Source: Escherichia phage vB_EcoM_G4507. From it: 64,000 bases of DNA. The stretch lies in sequence record NC_054919.1. One strand, 5' to 3'. The notes under the pieces were generated by a model. That model was given only the letters and a program-made list of their open reading frames with translations. It had not been told where the DNA came from and did not search any database. Positions 45,250-55,669 of this stretch are shown piece after piece. How positions within the stretch are numbered: the first letter of the stretch is position 1; each line of letters starts with the position of its first letter. Position numbers and translations under genes: made by a program.

Positions 45250-45930
45250 TTATTTTAATGTTACGAAAGAAGAATTACGTGTTTCACGAATTAGAACTGA
45301 TCCGTCACGATTAATGTAGTAAATTAAGCTAAATAAAGTTTGGTGTGCCGACGCATGTTCAAAACTAGTTGGGTGAGATTTCCAATCTGGGGTTTCAGCA
45401 ATCCATTGATAAATCCACCAAGGAACAGTGCAGAATCCTGGATTTTTTCCAATCAGCTGAAGATTCGGACTAAAGTTTTCCGGAAGAGTAAATACAGACG
45501 GCTTTTCAGATTCAATAATCTCAGCTACAGCCTGTTCGAATTTTTCTTCAACAAAAGGAGTATCTTCAATTAAAACAGTGGTATTTTCAGGAATTTTATC
45601 CGTTTCTACTACTTCAATTTTAATGTCAGATTTAACCGGAGAATCAATCAGAAGTGCTGCCTCTGGATTGACTTCTTCATCGTCATATTTTAATCCGTCT
45701 GCGGCATCAGCAGCATCAATTAAGTCTTTAATAGATAACCCATCAGTCTCTGGCATAGGTTCACTAGCGAGCTTCTGGAGAGCTTCTTCAATATCATTAA
45801 CGATATTATCAAAAGATTTATTCTTTTTGACCTTTATACCAAACTGTTCAGCATATTCAGCTAATTTAGCTTTAGCTTCTTTATTATCATCAAGAGCCTT
45901 CAGCTCTGCAATATAATCTTTATCTATCAT
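45250..45930 (-). CDS. inh: inhibitor of prohead protease Inh
   Basis: Track ORF 226 aa, length and position as T4 Inh. Confidence 0.75.
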   Translation of the reverse strand: MIDKDYIAELKALDDNKEAKAKLAEYAEQFGIKVKKNKSFDNIVNDIEEALQKLASEPMPETDGLSIKDLIDAADAADGLKYDDEEVNPEAALLIDSPVKSDIKIEVVETDKIPENTTVLIEDTPFVEEKFEQAVAEIIESEKPSVFTLPENFSPNLQLIGKNPGFCTVPWWIYQWIAETPDWKSHPTSFEHASAHQTLFSLIYYINRDGSVLIRETRNSSFVTLK

Positions 45931-45979
45931 AATATTTCCTCAGTATAAATATAGATATATTTATTACTCGGAAAATAGT

Positions 45980-46597
45980 ATGTACCACTTTGTATATGAA
46001 ACAACAAATCTAATAAATGGTAAAAAGTATATAGGAAAACACTCTACTGATGACTTGAATGATGGTTACCTTGGTTCCGGTAAGGCAATTCAGCAGGCTA
46101 TAAAGAAATATGGTGAAAACAATTTCTCTAGAACAATACTAAAAGAGTTTAAAACTTCCGAAGAAGCGTACATGTATGAAGAAGAAATTATAACTCCTGA
46201 AATAATAAAAAGCAAAAATTATTATAATATGAAACCTGGTGGAATTGGTGGAATTGTTATGACTACAGAGGTTATAGCAAAGATGAAAGAATCTTCCGCT
46301 AAGAGATTTGAAAACTCACCGGGCACGGTATTAGGTACAACTTGTTACACTAATGGAACTAAAAATATTTTTATTAAACCTGGAGAACTTGTTCCAGAAG
46401 GATTTGTAAAAGGAATGGTTCATCCTAATAGAAAGTCCAGAAAAGGATGTAAAGTCAAACCGACTACCACAGGAACTTTTTGGGTCAATAACGGTGCAAT
46501 AAATAAATTAATACAACCAGACGGTATTATTCCCGACGGATTTATTAAAGGTCGTCTCATGAAAAGAGATTCTAAAGGCAAATTTAGTAAGGCATAA
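45980..46597 (+). CDS. segE: GIY-YIG homing endonuclease
   Basis: Track ORF 205 aa; GIY-YIG module (HFVYETTNLINGKKYIGKH ... YYNMKPGG); position between inh and uvsW as T4 segE. Confidence 0.75.
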   Translation: MYHFVYETTNLINGKKYIGKHSTDDLNDGYLGSGKAIQQAIKKYGENNFSRTILKEFKTSEEAYMYEEEIITPEIIKSKNYYNMKPGGIGGIVMTTEVIAKMKESSAKRFENSPGTVLGTTCYTNGTKNIFIKPGELVPEGFVKGMVHPNRKSRKGCKVKPTTTGTFWVNNGAINKLIQPDGIIPDGFIKGRLMKRDSKGKFSKA

Positions 46598-46599
46598 TT

Positions 46600-48108
46600 A
46601 TGGATATTAAAGTACATTTTCACGACTTCAGCCATGTACGCATCGATTGTGAAGAGAGCACGTTCCACGAATTAAGAGATTTCTTTTCGTTTGAGGCCGA
46701 TGGATATAGATTTAATCCTCGCTTCAGATATGGCAACTGGGATGGACGAATCCGTCTTTTAGATTATAATCGTCTTCTTCCATTTGGCTTAGTCGGGCAA
46801 ATTAAAAAGTTCTGTGATAACTTTGGCTATAAAGCCTGGATTGACCCACAAATTAACGAAAAAGAAGAATTATCAAGAAAAGATTTTGATGAATGGCTTT
46901 CTAAATTAGAAATCTATTCAGGAAATAAAAGAATTGAACCGCATTGGTATCAAAAAGATGCAGTGTTCGAAGGATTAGTTAATCGTCGTAGAATTCTTAA
47001 TCTTCCAACATCCGCTGGTAAATCTTTAATTCAAGCTTTGCTTGCGCGATATTATTTGGAAAATTATGAAGGCAAAATTCTTATCATTGTTCCAACAACT
47101 GCTCTGACAACTCAGATGGCTGATGACTTTGTTGACTATCGTTTATTCAGTCATGCAATGATAAAGAAAATCGGCGGTGGAGCATCAAAAGATGATAAAT
47201 ATAAAAATGATGCACCGGTCGTTGTTGGTACATGGCAAACTGTAGTTAAACAACCAAAAGAATGGTTCTCACAGTTTGGAATGATGATGAATGATGAATG
47301 CCATCTTGCTACAGGAAAAAGTATTTCATCTATCATATCAGGTTTAAATAACTGTATGTTCAAATTTGGTCTATCTGGTTCATTACGTGATGGCAAAGCC
47401 AATATCATGCAGTATGTTGGAATGTTTGGTGAAATATTTAAGCCAGTAACGACTTCTAAGTTAATGGAAGATGGACAAGTAACTGAGCTAAAAATTAATA
47501 GTATTTTTCTTCGCTATCCCGATGAGTTCACTACTAAATTAAAGGGAAAAACTTATCAAGAAGAAATAAAAATTATTACGGGGCTTAGTAAAAGAAATAA
47601 ATGGATCGCTAAATTGGCTATTAAGCTTGCACAAAAAGATGAAAACGCTTTTGTCATGTTTAAACATGTATCACATGGTAAAGCTATTTTCGATTTAATT
47701 AAAAATGAATACGATAAAGTTTATTACGTATCAGGGGAAGTTGATACCGAAACCCGCAATATAATGAAAACCTTAGCTGAAAATGGTAAAGGAATAATTA
47801 TAGTAGCTAGTTATGGTGTATTTTCTACTGGTATTTCAGTTAAAAATCTGCATCACGTTGTTTTAGCGCACGGTGTTAAATCAAAAATCATTGTATTACA
47901 AACAATCGGTCGTGTATTACGTAAGCATGGTTCTAAAACAATCGCAACAGTCTGGGACCTCATAGATGACTGTGGTGTCAAGCCAAAATCTGCTAATACT
48001 AAAAAGAAATATGTTCACTTGAACTATCTTTTAAAACACGGCATTGATCGTATTCAGCGCTACGCAGATGAAAAATTTAATTACGTAATGAAAACAGTTA
48101 ATTTATAA
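46600..48108 (+). CDS. uvsW: DNA/RNA helicase UvsW
   Basis: Track ORF 502 aa; SF2 helicase motifs (PTSAGKS Walker A, DECH box). Confidence 0.9.
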   Translation: MDIKVHFHDFSHVRIDCEESTFHELRDFFSFEADGYRFNPRFRYGNWDGRIRLLDYNRLLPFGLVGQIKKFCDNFGYKAWIDPQINEKEELSRKDFDEWLSKLEIYSGNKRIEPHWYQKDAVFEGLVNRRRILNLPTSAGKSLIQALLARYYLENYEGKILIIVPTTALTTQMADDFVDYRLFSHAMIKKIGGGASKDDKYKNDAPVVVGTWQTVVKQPKEWFSQFGMMMNDECHLATGKSISSIISGLNNCMFKFGLSGSLRDGKANIMQYVGMFGEIFKPVTTSKLMEDGQVTELKINSIFLRYPDEFTTKLKGKTYQEEIKIITGLSKRNKWIAKLAIKLAQKDENAFVMFKHVSHGKAIFDLIKNEYDKVYYVSGEVDTETRNIMKTLAENGKGIIIVASYGVFSTGISVKNLHHVVLAHGVKSKIIVLQTIGRVLRKHGSKTIATVWDLIDDCGVKPKSANTKKKYVHLNYLLKHGIDRIQRYADEKFNYVMKTVNL

Positions 48109-48124
48109 GGGCTTCGGCCCTTTG
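48109..48124 (+). terminator. GC hairpin between uvsW and uvsW.1
   Basis: GGGC-TTCG-GCCC followed by TTTGG; weak U-tract, may be a stability or attenuation hairpin. Confidence 0.4.
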
Positions 48125-48133
48125 GAGAAAAAG

Positions 48134-48364
48134 ATGTTACTAGAATTTAAACAATTTCTTTATGAAGCTTCTATTGATGAATTTATGGGTAAAATTGCCT
48201 CTTGTCAAACATTAGAAGGTTTAGAAGAACTTGAAGCTTATTATAAGAAAAGAGTTAAAGAAACTGAATTAAAAGATACTGATGACATCTCAGTCAGAGA
48301 TGCTTTGGCAGGAAAAAGAGCTGAATTAGAAGATTCAGACGATGAAGTAGAAGAAAGCTTTTAA
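48134..48364 (+). CDS. uvsW.1: UvsW.1 small acidic protein
   Basis: ATG 48134 with GGAG RBS (track ORF begins at upstream TTG 48122); 76 aa; separated from uvsW by a stop and a GC hairpin. Confidence 0.7.
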   Translation: MLLEFKQFLYEASIDEFMGKIASCQTLEGLEELEAYYKKRVKETELKDTDDISVRDALAGKRAELEDSDDEVEESF

Positions 48365-48419
48365 ATTAAAAAAGGCCCAACCAAAAAGGAAGGGCCAAAA
48401 CTATAGACTAAAGGTCACA

Positions 48420-48587
48420 CTATAGCAAAAGTTGCGTTTCATTTAATTGTTCTTCCGAACTTTCTGAAACTGGTAGTTCTTTAATGTAATTATAGCAAGG
48501 CCCAGGATGTACAGGACCTTTGTCTGTTTCAACAACCAATGCAGAATCGATTGGAGTTTTACAGACAACACAAATCTTATCTGACAT
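48420..48587 (-). CDS. small Cys-containing protein, 55 aa (below ORF-track length cutoff)
   Basis: Hand-translated: ATG 48585-48587 with AGAGGAGA RBS, MSDKICVVCKTPIDSALVVETDKGPVHPGPCYNYIKELPVSESSEEQLNETQLLL, stop at 48420-48422; CxxC...C pattern suggests a zinc-ribbon-like fold. Confidence 0.45.
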   Translation of the reverse strand: MSDKICVVCKTPIDSALVVETDKGPVHPGPCYNYIKELPVSESSEEQLNETQLLL

Positions 48588-48615
48588 GATTGTCTCCTCT
48601 GAATTATATATCTAT

Positions 48616-48840
48616 TTATACAACTCTCATATGCATATCAATGCCCATATCTTTAGAATAAAAATATTCATCAAGATATCCGGCAAATTTTCCTTTAATA
48701 TAAAGAACATCTTCACCGCACGGGTGGTCGGCCAGGATACGAATATCCTGACGCTTAAGATTATGCTTTTTCATTAAGAATTGAATTTCCGTTTCAAATT
48801 CTTCTTCATAATTAAAAGCATCATCAATGTTATATCTCAT
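48616..48840 (-). CDS. hypothetical protein (T4 uvsY.-1 position)
   Basis: Track ORF 74 aa; start overlaps uvsY stop. Confidence 0.55.
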   Translation of the reverse strand: MRYNIDDAFNYEEEFETEIQFLMKKHNLKRQDIRILADHPCGEDVLYIKGKFAGYLDEYFYSKDMGIDMHMRVV

Positions 48841-49253
48841 TATTTTCCAGCCTCAAATGCTCGCATGTCTTGAATATGCTTAATAGCAAATCCACGTGAT
48901 TTAATAGCATCAAGAGCTCCGCTACAGAAATCTAATAAAATCCCCCAATACTGTAACGAGGTATCAACCTTTAAAACATCCTTATCAGCTGATAGAACTG
49001 TCTTCATTTCTGATTTCTCGTAACGATCCATACTAAATTCATCACCATCTCCTCGTCCCGAGTAGTAGTCTAATTTAGCTTTAAGAGCAACTTTTTTCTG
49101 TGCTTCAATTCTAAGCATTTCCTTTTTAATACTTGAATGCTTATTAAGCCATTTACTATATAACATCACATTATTAGCTGCTTCATACTGTAATTTAGTC
49201 GAATCTATAAACACATCTTTCTTCAATTCTTCTTGAAGATCTTCTAATCTCAT
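48840..49253 (-). CDS. uvsY: recombination mediator protein UvsY
   Basis: Track ORF 137 aa as T4 UvsY. Confidence 0.85.
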   Translation of the reverse strand: MRLEDLQEELKKDVFIDSTKLQYEAANNVMLYSKWLNKHSSIKKEMLRIEAQKKVALKAKLDYYSGRGDGDEFSMDRYEKSEMKTVLSADKDVLKVDTSLQYWGILLDFCSGALDAIKSRGFAIKHIQDMRAFEAGK

Positions 49254-49319
49254 ATTGTTCTCTATTCAATTGTTATTGGATGGACTTAGATTCATTATAC
49301 CACGTTTATACGTGAAGCA

Positions 49320-49718
49320 TTATACTCTATTACTGGAAGCCAGTTGTAGTTTTATCTGCTCAATATCATCAGGGTTATCGATGACTGAAAAGCGTATTTC
49401 TACTATCAAAGTATAATCATCATAAACCGGTATTACATTAACTGCTAATTTATCAATACGTGGCTCATAGTTTCTTACTGCGCTTTCGATATTACGCTCA
49501 ACCGTGTCAGCAGTAAGAGGAGTCATATTCTCAAAAAGTTGGTCAGATAAATCGCATCCAAATTCAGGGTCAAACGGTCTTGAACCTTTTCTTGTTGTAA
49601 TAATTCCTAAAAGACTATTTTTAATTGACCTTAATCCAAGTGATCTTGAAACGTCTTTGTTCCAATCCATTTTCATCTCTGGGTCAATATCAGAATAAAG
49701 CTTATTAATATTTGCCAT
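49320..49718 (-). CDS. 25: baseplate wedge / sheath initiator gp25
   Basis: Track ORF 132 aa as T4 gp25. Confidence 0.85.
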   Translation of the reverse strand: MANINKLYSDIDPEMKMDWNKDVSRSLGLRSIKNSLLGIITTRKGSRPFDPEFGCDLSDQLFENMTPLTADTVERNIESAVRNYEPRIDKLAVNVIPVYDDYTLIVEIRFSVIDNPDDIEQIKLQLASSNRV

Positions 49719-50344
49719 TACAATAGCTCAAAGAATTCTTTGAGTCCTCTTATTACATGAGCGTGAGTTTTTCCACACTCTGGACATTTAATTGGAACAG
49801 CCAAATAAACAGTAGGCTTTAAAAGCATATCTTTTATAGCTACAATATCTGACTCTGTGATGATAGAATATAAATCTTCTAGTTCCTTTTCATTTAAGTC
49901 TTCAACTGGAATGCTTTCCCCGTTAGCATGAATCGTTTCTATACATGATACTATCATGTGGGCTATATTTTTATCATCAAAAATTTTAGGGTATCGGAAT
50001 TTAATTTTAATGTCACCCAGTGTATACCAAAGGTCTTCTGGTGCATCTATTTGTGTATGTAATAGATTTATATGGGTTGGTATTTCAGTTCCGCAGGTGC
50101 ACTTCCAGGAGTTTTCGTGATTAACTTCTCCAAGAGAATGCGCCCATAAATGAATCAACAATAGTTCTGATTCTTGGCGATTTAAATCTTTTGCATTTGT
50201 GCAGTCTTTGATTAGCTTTTTAACAATTACTTCTACAGAACCATTATTTTTGGCAGTAATAAGTTCTAGATATTCTTTAAGAGTAAATGCGCGACAGTTG
50301 ATTATTTTAGAACCAACTCTCACATCAAATTTGTATTCATACAT
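49718..50344 (-). CDS. 26: baseplate hub protein gp26
   Basis: Track ORF 208 aa as T4 gp26; divergent late promoter with gene 51. Confidence 0.85.
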   Translation of the reverse strand: MYEYKFDVRVGSKIINCRAFTLKEYLELITAKNNGSVEVIVKKLIKDCTNAKDLNRQESELLLIHLWAHSLGEVNHENSWKCTCGTEIPTHINLLHTQIDAPEDLWYTLGDIKIKFRYPKIFDDKNIAHMIVSCIETIHANGESIPVEDLNEKELEDLYSIITESDIVAIKDMLLKPTVYLAVPIKCPECGKTHAHVIRGLKEFFELL

Positions 50345-50365
50345 ATTTAGCTCCTTTATTTATCA

Positions 50366-50377
50366 TATTTATAAATA
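50366..50377. promoter_or_regulatory. divergent overlapping late promoters (TATAAATA on both strands) between genes 26 and 51
   Basis: Plus TATAAATA at 50370-50377 (gene 51) and minus TATAAATA at 50366-50373 (gene 26). Confidence 0.55.
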
Positions 50378-50394
50378 GAATAAAAGGAGCATCT

Positions 50395-51144
50395 ATGGCA
50401 AACATTATTCGTTGTAAATTACCAGATGGTGTTCATCGTTTTAAACCATTTACGGTAGAAGATTATCGAGATTTTTTGTTAGTTCGAAACGATATAGAGC
50501 ATCGGTCACCACAAGAACAAAAAGAAATAATTACTGATTTAATTGATGATTATTTTGGAGACTATCCGAAGACTTGGCAACCATTTATATTTTTGCAGGT
50601 ATTTGTAGGTTCAATAGGTAAAACTAAAGTACCAGTCACATTTGTATGTCCAAAATGTAAAAAAGAAAAGACAGTTCCATTTGAAATATATCAAAAAGAA
50701 TTAAAGGAACCTATTTTTGATGTAGCTAATGTTAAAATTAAATTAAATTTTCCTTCTGAGTTTTATGAAAATAAAGCAAAGATGATTACTGAAAATATTC
50801 ATTCTGTTCAAGTAGATGAAATGTGGTATGATTGGAAGGAAATTAGTGAATCGAGTCAAATAGAACTTGTTGACGCCATCGAGATAGAAACATTAGAAAA
50901 AATTCTCGATGCAATGAATCCTATTAATTTAACATTGCACATGTCGTGTTGTGATAAGTACATTAAAAAATACACTGATATAGTAGATGTGTTTAAGCTA
51001 TTAGTTAATCCAGATGAGATATTTACTTTTTATCAAATTAATCACACGCTTGTAAAAAGTAATTATAGCTTAAATTCAATAATGAAAATGATTCCTGCCG
51101 AGCGCGGATTCGTATTAAAACTGATTGAGAAGGATAAACAATAA
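50395..51144 (+). CDS. 51: baseplate hub assembly catalyst gp51
   Basis: Track ORF 249 aa as T4 gp51; TATAAATA at 50370-50377. Confidence 0.85.
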   Translation: MANIIRCKLPDGVHRFKPFTVEDYRDFLLVRNDIEHRSPQEQKEIITDLIDDYFGDYPKTWQPFIFLQVFVGSIGKTKVPVTFVCPKCKKEKTVPFEIYQKELKEPIFDVANVKIKLNFPSEFYENKAKMITENIHSVQVDEMWYDWKEISESSQIELVDAIEIETLEKILDAMNPINLTLHMSCCDKYIKKYTDIVDVFKLLVNPDEIFTFYQINHTLVKSNYSLNSIMKMIPAERGFVLKLIEKDKQ

Positions 51145-52316
51145 TGAGTATGTTGCAACGCCCCGGATATCCAAATCTCAGCGTTAAATTATTTGAGAGT
51201 TATGACGCTTGGAGTAATAATAGATTTGTTGAATTAGCTGCTACTATTACCACATTAACTATGCGGGATTCTCTTTATGGTCGAAATGAAGGAATGCTAC
51301 AATTTTATGATTCTAAAAATATCCATACAAAAATGGATGGAAATGAAATAATTCAGATTTCTGTAGCTAATGCAAACGATATTAATAATGTTAAAACAAG
51401 AATTTATGGATGTAAGCATTTTTCTGTATCTGTAGATTCAAAAGGTGATAACATCATTGCTATTGAATTGGGAACTATTCATTCTATAGAAAATCTTAAA
51501 TTTGGTAGACCATTTTTCCCTGATGCAGGTGAATCTATAAAAGAAATGCTTGGTGTCATTTATCAAGACCGCACATTATTAACTCCAGCAATAAATGCTA
51601 TAAATGCTTATGTTCCTGATATTCCATGGACTAGCACATTTGAAAACTATTTGTCATATGTAAGAGAAGTTGCTCTAGCGGTAGGAAGCGATAAGTTCGT
51701 ATTTGTATGGCAAGACATCATGGGAGTTAACATGATGGACTATGATATGATGATAAATCAAGAACCATATCCAATGATTGTAGGTGAGCCAACTTTAATA
51801 GGTCAATTCGTCCAAGAATTGAAATATCCATTAGCATATGATTTTGTTTGGTTGACTAAATCAAACCCGCATAAACGTGATCCAATGAAAAATGCTACTA
51901 TCTATGCTCATTCATTTTTAGATTCTTCATTACCAATGATTACTACAGGAAAGGGTGAAAACTCTATTGTAGTGTCAAGGTCAGGTGCTTATTCTGAAAT
52001 GACTTATAGAAATGGATATGAAGAAGCTATTCGTCTTCAGACTATGGCGCAATATGACGGCTATGCTAAATGTTCTACTGTCGGTAATTTTAACTTGACT
52101 CCTGGCGTTAAAATTATTTTTAATGATAGTAAAAACCAATTTAAAACAGAATTTTACGTTGATGAAGTTATTCACGAATTATCAAATAATAATTCCGTAA
52201 CTCATCTATATATGTTCACTAATGCAACGAAACTGGAAACAATCGACCCAGTTAAGGTTAAAAATGAATTTAAAACTGATACTACCACTGAAGAAAGTAG
52301 TTCTTCCGATAAGTAA
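51144..52316 (+). CDS. 27: baseplate hub protein gp27
   Basis: Track ORF 390 aa as T4 gp27. Confidence 0.9.
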   Translation: MSMLQRPGYPNLSVKLFESYDAWSNNRFVELAATITTLTMRDSLYGRNEGMLQFYDSKNIHTKMDGNEIIQISVANANDINNVKTRIYGCKHFSVSVDSKGDNIIAIELGTIHSIENLKFGRPFFPDAGESIKEMLGVIYQDRTLLTPAINAINAYVPDIPWTSTFENYLSYVREVALAVGSDKFVFVWQDIMGVNMMDYDMMINQEPYPMIVGEPTLIGQFVQELKYPLAYDFVWLTKSNPHKRDPMKNATIYAHSFLDSSLPMITTGKGENSIVVSRSGAYSEMTYRNGYEEAIRLQTMAQYDGYAKCSTVGNFNLTPGVKIIFNDSKNQFKTEFYVDEVIHELSNNNSVTHLYMFTNATKLETIDPVKVKNEFKTDTTTEESSSSDK

Positions 52317-52797
52317 TAAAGAAGTTTCTATTCCTAAGATGGGTCTTAAACATTATAACATTTTAAAAGATGTTAAAGGTCCTGATGAAAATTTAAAGCT
52401 TCTTATTGATTCTATTTGTCCAAATTTATCACCGGCAGAAGTTGATTTCGTTTCTATTCATTTATTGGAATTTAATGGAAAGATTAAATCTCGTAAAGAA
52501 ATAGATGGCTATACTTATGACATTAATGATGTTTATGTATGCCAAAGATTAGAATTTCAATACCAAGGAAATACATTTTATTTTAGACCTCCTGGAAAAT
52601 TTGAACAATTTTTAACGGTGAGCGATATGTTATCTAAATGCTTGCTTAAGGTCAACGATGAAGTTAAAGAAATTAATTTTCTTGAGATGCCAGCATTCGT
52701 TTTAAAATGGGCAAATGATATTTTTACAACTTTAGCAATTCCTGGCCCTAATGGTCCAATAACTGGAATTGGCAATATTATTGGATTATTTGAATGA
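52264..52797 (+). CDS. 28: baseplate distal hub protein gp28
   Basis: Start set at ATG 52264 (177 aa, AAGG upstream) within track ORF 52222..52797; overlaps the gene 27 end by 53 nt. Confidence 0.7.
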   Translation: MNLKLILPLKKVVLPISNKEVSIPKMGLKHYNILKDVKGPDENLKLLIDSICPNLSPAEVDFVSIHLLEFNGKIKSRKEIDGYTYDINDVYVCQRLEFQYQGNTFYFRPPGKFEQFLTVSDMLSKCLLKVNDEVKEINFLEMPAFVLKWANDIFTTLAIPGPNGPITGIGNIIGLFE

Positions 52798-54566
52798 AAA
52801 AGCCACAAGAAATGCAAACGATGCGTAGAAAAGTTATTTCAGATAATAAACCAACACAGGAAGCGGCTAAATCCGCTTCCAATACTTTATCTGGACTTAA
52901 TGACATTTCTACAAAATTGGATGATGCTCAAGCTGCTTCTGAATTAATAGCTCAAACCGTTGAAGAAAAATCGAATGAAATAATTGGAGCAATTGACAAT
53001 GTAGAAAGCGCAGTGAGTGATACTACTGCTGGTTCTGAGTTAATTGCTGAAACTGTCGAAATTGGCAATAATATTAATAAAGAAATCGGTGAATCGCTCG
53101 GAAGTAAATTAGATAAATTAACGAGTTTACTCGAGCAAAAAATCCAGACAGCCGGAATTCAACAAACAGGAACTAGTTTAGCTACGGTTGAAAGCGCTAT
53201 TCCTGTTAAAGTTGTTGAGGACGATACAGCTGAATCCGTGGGTCCTTTATTACCAGCTCCTGAAGCAGTTAATAATGATCCTGACGCTGATTTTTTCCCT
53301 GCCCCTCAACCAGTTGAACCTAAGCGAGAGTCACCGGAAGAAAAACAGAAAAAAGAAGCATTTAATTTAAAATTATCTCAAGCTTTAGATAAATTAACAA
53401 AGACTGTTGATTTTGGATTTAAAAAATCCATTTCAATTACTGATAAAATATCAAGCATGCTATTTAAGTATACTGTCAGTGCTGCTATTGAAGCTGCTAA
53501 AATGGTTGCATTAATAATGGCTGTTGTTATTGGAATAGACCTACTGATGGTTCATTTTAAATATTGGTCAGATAAATTTTCAAAAGCCTGGGATTTGTTT
53601 AGCACTGATTTTAAAACTTTTTCAAGCGAAACCGGAACTTGGGGTCCTTTATTACAGAGCATCTTTGAATCTATTGATGAAATTAAAAAGTTCTGGGAAG
53701 CGGGAGATTGGGGCGGTTTGACGGTAGCTATTGTAGAAGGGCTTGGAAAGGTTCTTTATAATTTAGGAGAACTTATTCAGCTTGGAATGGCTAAATTATC
53801 AGCAGCAATTCTTCGAGTTATTCCTGGTATGAAAGATACTGCTGACGAAGTAGAAGGAAGAGCACTGGAAAATTTCCAAAATTCTACTGGAGCATCTCTC
53901 AATAAAGAAGACCAGGAAAAAGTTGCGAATTATCAAGATAAACGAATGAATGGAGACCTTGGTCCGATAGCAGAAGGACTAGACAAAATTGCGAACTGGA
54001 AAACTCGTGCATCTAACTGGATTCGTGGTGTTGATAATAAAGAAGCATTGACAACTGATGAAGAACGCGCAGCAGAAGAAGAAAAATTAAAGCAGCTTTC
54101 ACCAGAAGAAAGAAAAAATGCTTTAATGAAGGCTAATGAAGCCCGTGCCGCGATGATTCGTTTTGAAAAATATGCTGATTCAGCTGATATGAGTAAAGAC
54201 TCAACGGTTAAATCAGTTGAAGCTGCCTATGAAGACCTTAAAAAACGAATGGATGACCCGGATTTAAATAATTCACCGGCAGTTAAAAAAGAACTTGCTG
54301 CTAGATTTTCTAAAATTGATGCTACTTATCAAGAGCTCAAGAAAAATCAGCCTAATGCCAAACCTCAAACTTCTGCTAAATCGCCAGAAGCAAAACAAGT
54401 CCAGGTAATAGAAAAGAACAAAGCACAGCAAGCTCCTATTCAACAAGCATCTCCTTCAATCAATAATACTAATAATGTTATTAAGAAAAATACTGTCGTT
54501 CATAATATGACACCCGTAACGAGCACGACTGCTCCTGGTGTATTTGATGCGACTGGAGTTAATTAA
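52794..54566 (+). CDS. 29: baseplate hub / tail length determinator gp29
   Basis: Track ORF 590 aa as T4 gp29. Confidence 0.9.
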   Translation: MKKPQEMQTMRRKVISDNKPTQEAAKSASNTLSGLNDISTKLDDAQAASELIAQTVEEKSNEIIGAIDNVESAVSDTTAGSELIAETVEIGNNINKEIGESLGSKLDKLTSLLEQKIQTAGIQQTGTSLATVESAIPVKVVEDDTAESVGPLLPAPEAVNNDPDADFFPAPQPVEPKRESPEEKQKKEAFNLKLSQALDKLTKTVDFGFKKSISITDKISSMLFKYTVSAAIEAAKMVALIMAVVIGIDLLMVHFKYWSDKFSKAWDLFSTDFKTFSSETGTWGPLLQSIFESIDEIKKFWEAGDWGGLTVAIVEGLGKVLYNLGELIQLGMAKLSAAILRVIPGMKDTADEVEGRALENFQNSTGASLNKEDQEKVANYQDKRMNGDLGPIAEGLDKIANWKTRASNWIRGVDNKEALTTDEERAAEEEKLKQLSPEERKNALMKANEARAAMIRFEKYADSADMSKDSTVKSVEAAYEDLKKRMDDPDLNNSPAVKKELAARFSKIDATYQELKKNQPNAKPQTSAKSPEAKQVQVIEKNKAQQAPIQQASPSINNTNNVIKKNTVVHNMTPVTSTTAPGVFDATGVN

Positions 54567-54574
54567 GGAATAAT

Positions 54575-55669
54575 ATGGCAATTGTTAAAGAAATAACTGC
54601 TGATTTAATTAAAAAGTCCGGTGAGAAAATTTCAGCCGGACAGAGTACTAAATCAGAAGTAGCAACTAAAACATACACTGCCCAGTTTCCAACTGGGCGT
54701 GCTAGTGGTAATGACACTACAGGGGACTTCCAGGTAACAGATCTATATAAGAATGGATTATTATTTACTGCATACAATATGTCATCTAGGGATTCTGGAA
54801 GTCTTAGAACGATGAGATCTAACTACTCTTCTTCATCTTCGAGTATTTTACGTACAGCCAGAAACACTATCAGTAATACAGTATCAAAACTATCAAATGG
54901 ACTAATATCAGATAATAATTCAGGAACAATAAGTAAAGTTCCTGTTGCAAATATTCTTTTACCTAGATCTAAATCTGACGTCGATACGTCATCACATAGA
55001 TTTAATGATGTTCAAGATAGTCTTATTACAAAAGGTGGAGGTACTGCTACTGGTGTGCTAAGCAATATGGCTTCAACCGCAGTATTTGGAGCGCTGGAAA
55101 GTATAACACAAGGTATAATGGCTGATAATAATGAACAGATTTATACGACAGCCAGAAGCATGTACGGCGGTGCTGAAAATAGAACTAAAGTGTTCACTTG
55201 GGATTTGACTCCGCGCTCAACAGAAGATTTAATGGCTATTATTAATATCTATCAGTATTTTAACTATTTTTCTTACGGTGAAACTGGTAAATCTCAATAT
55301 GCTGCTGAAATAAAAGGATATCTAGATGAGTGGTACCGTTCTACTTTTATTGAGCCGTTAACTCCAGAAGATGCAGTTAAAAATAAGACGTTATTTGAGA
55401 AAATGACATCGAGTTTAACTAACGTTCTTGTAGTTTCAAACCCGACAATTTGGATGGTGAAAAACTTTGGTGCAACATCTAAGTTTGATGGAAAAACGGA
55501 AATATTCGGTCCATGTCAAATCCAGAGTATCAGATTTGATAAAACACCTAATGGTAACTTTAACGGATTAGCTATTGCTCCAAATCTCCCTAGTACATTT
55601 ACTCTCGAGATTACTATGAGAGAAATTATCACGTTAAACCGTGCTTCTTTATATGCGGGGACTTTTTAA
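54575..55669 (+). CDS. 48: baseplate tail tube cap gp48
   Basis: Track ORF 364 aa as T4 gp48. Confidence 0.9.
   Translation: MAIVKEITADLIKKSGEKISAGQSTKSEVATKTYTAQFPTGRASGNDTTGDFQVTDLYKNGLLFTAYNMSSRDSGSLRTMRSNYSSSSSSILRTARNTISNTVSKLSNGLISDNNSGTISKVPVANILLPRSKSDVDTSSHRFNDVQDSLITKGGGTATGVLSNMASTAVFGALESITQGIMADNNEQIYTTARSMYGGAENRTKVFTWDLTPRSTEDLMAIINIYQYFNYFSYGETGKSQYAAEIKGYLDEWYRSTFIEPLTPEDAVKNKTLFEKMTSSLTNVLVVSNPTIWMVKNFGATSKFDGKTEIFGPCQIQSIRFDKTPNGNFNGLAIAPNLPSTFTLEITMREIITLNRASLYAGTF

Noticed and set aside
45578-45916. Plus-strand 112-aa ORF antisense to inh
   Set aside because: Overlaps the inh coding sequence on the opposite strand; Ser/Ala-rich low-complexity translation.
46600-48364. 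Annotating uvsW and uvsW.1 as one fused gene
   Set aside because: In this sequence they are in different frames with an in-frame stop and a hairpin between them; kept as two ORFs and flagged for verification.
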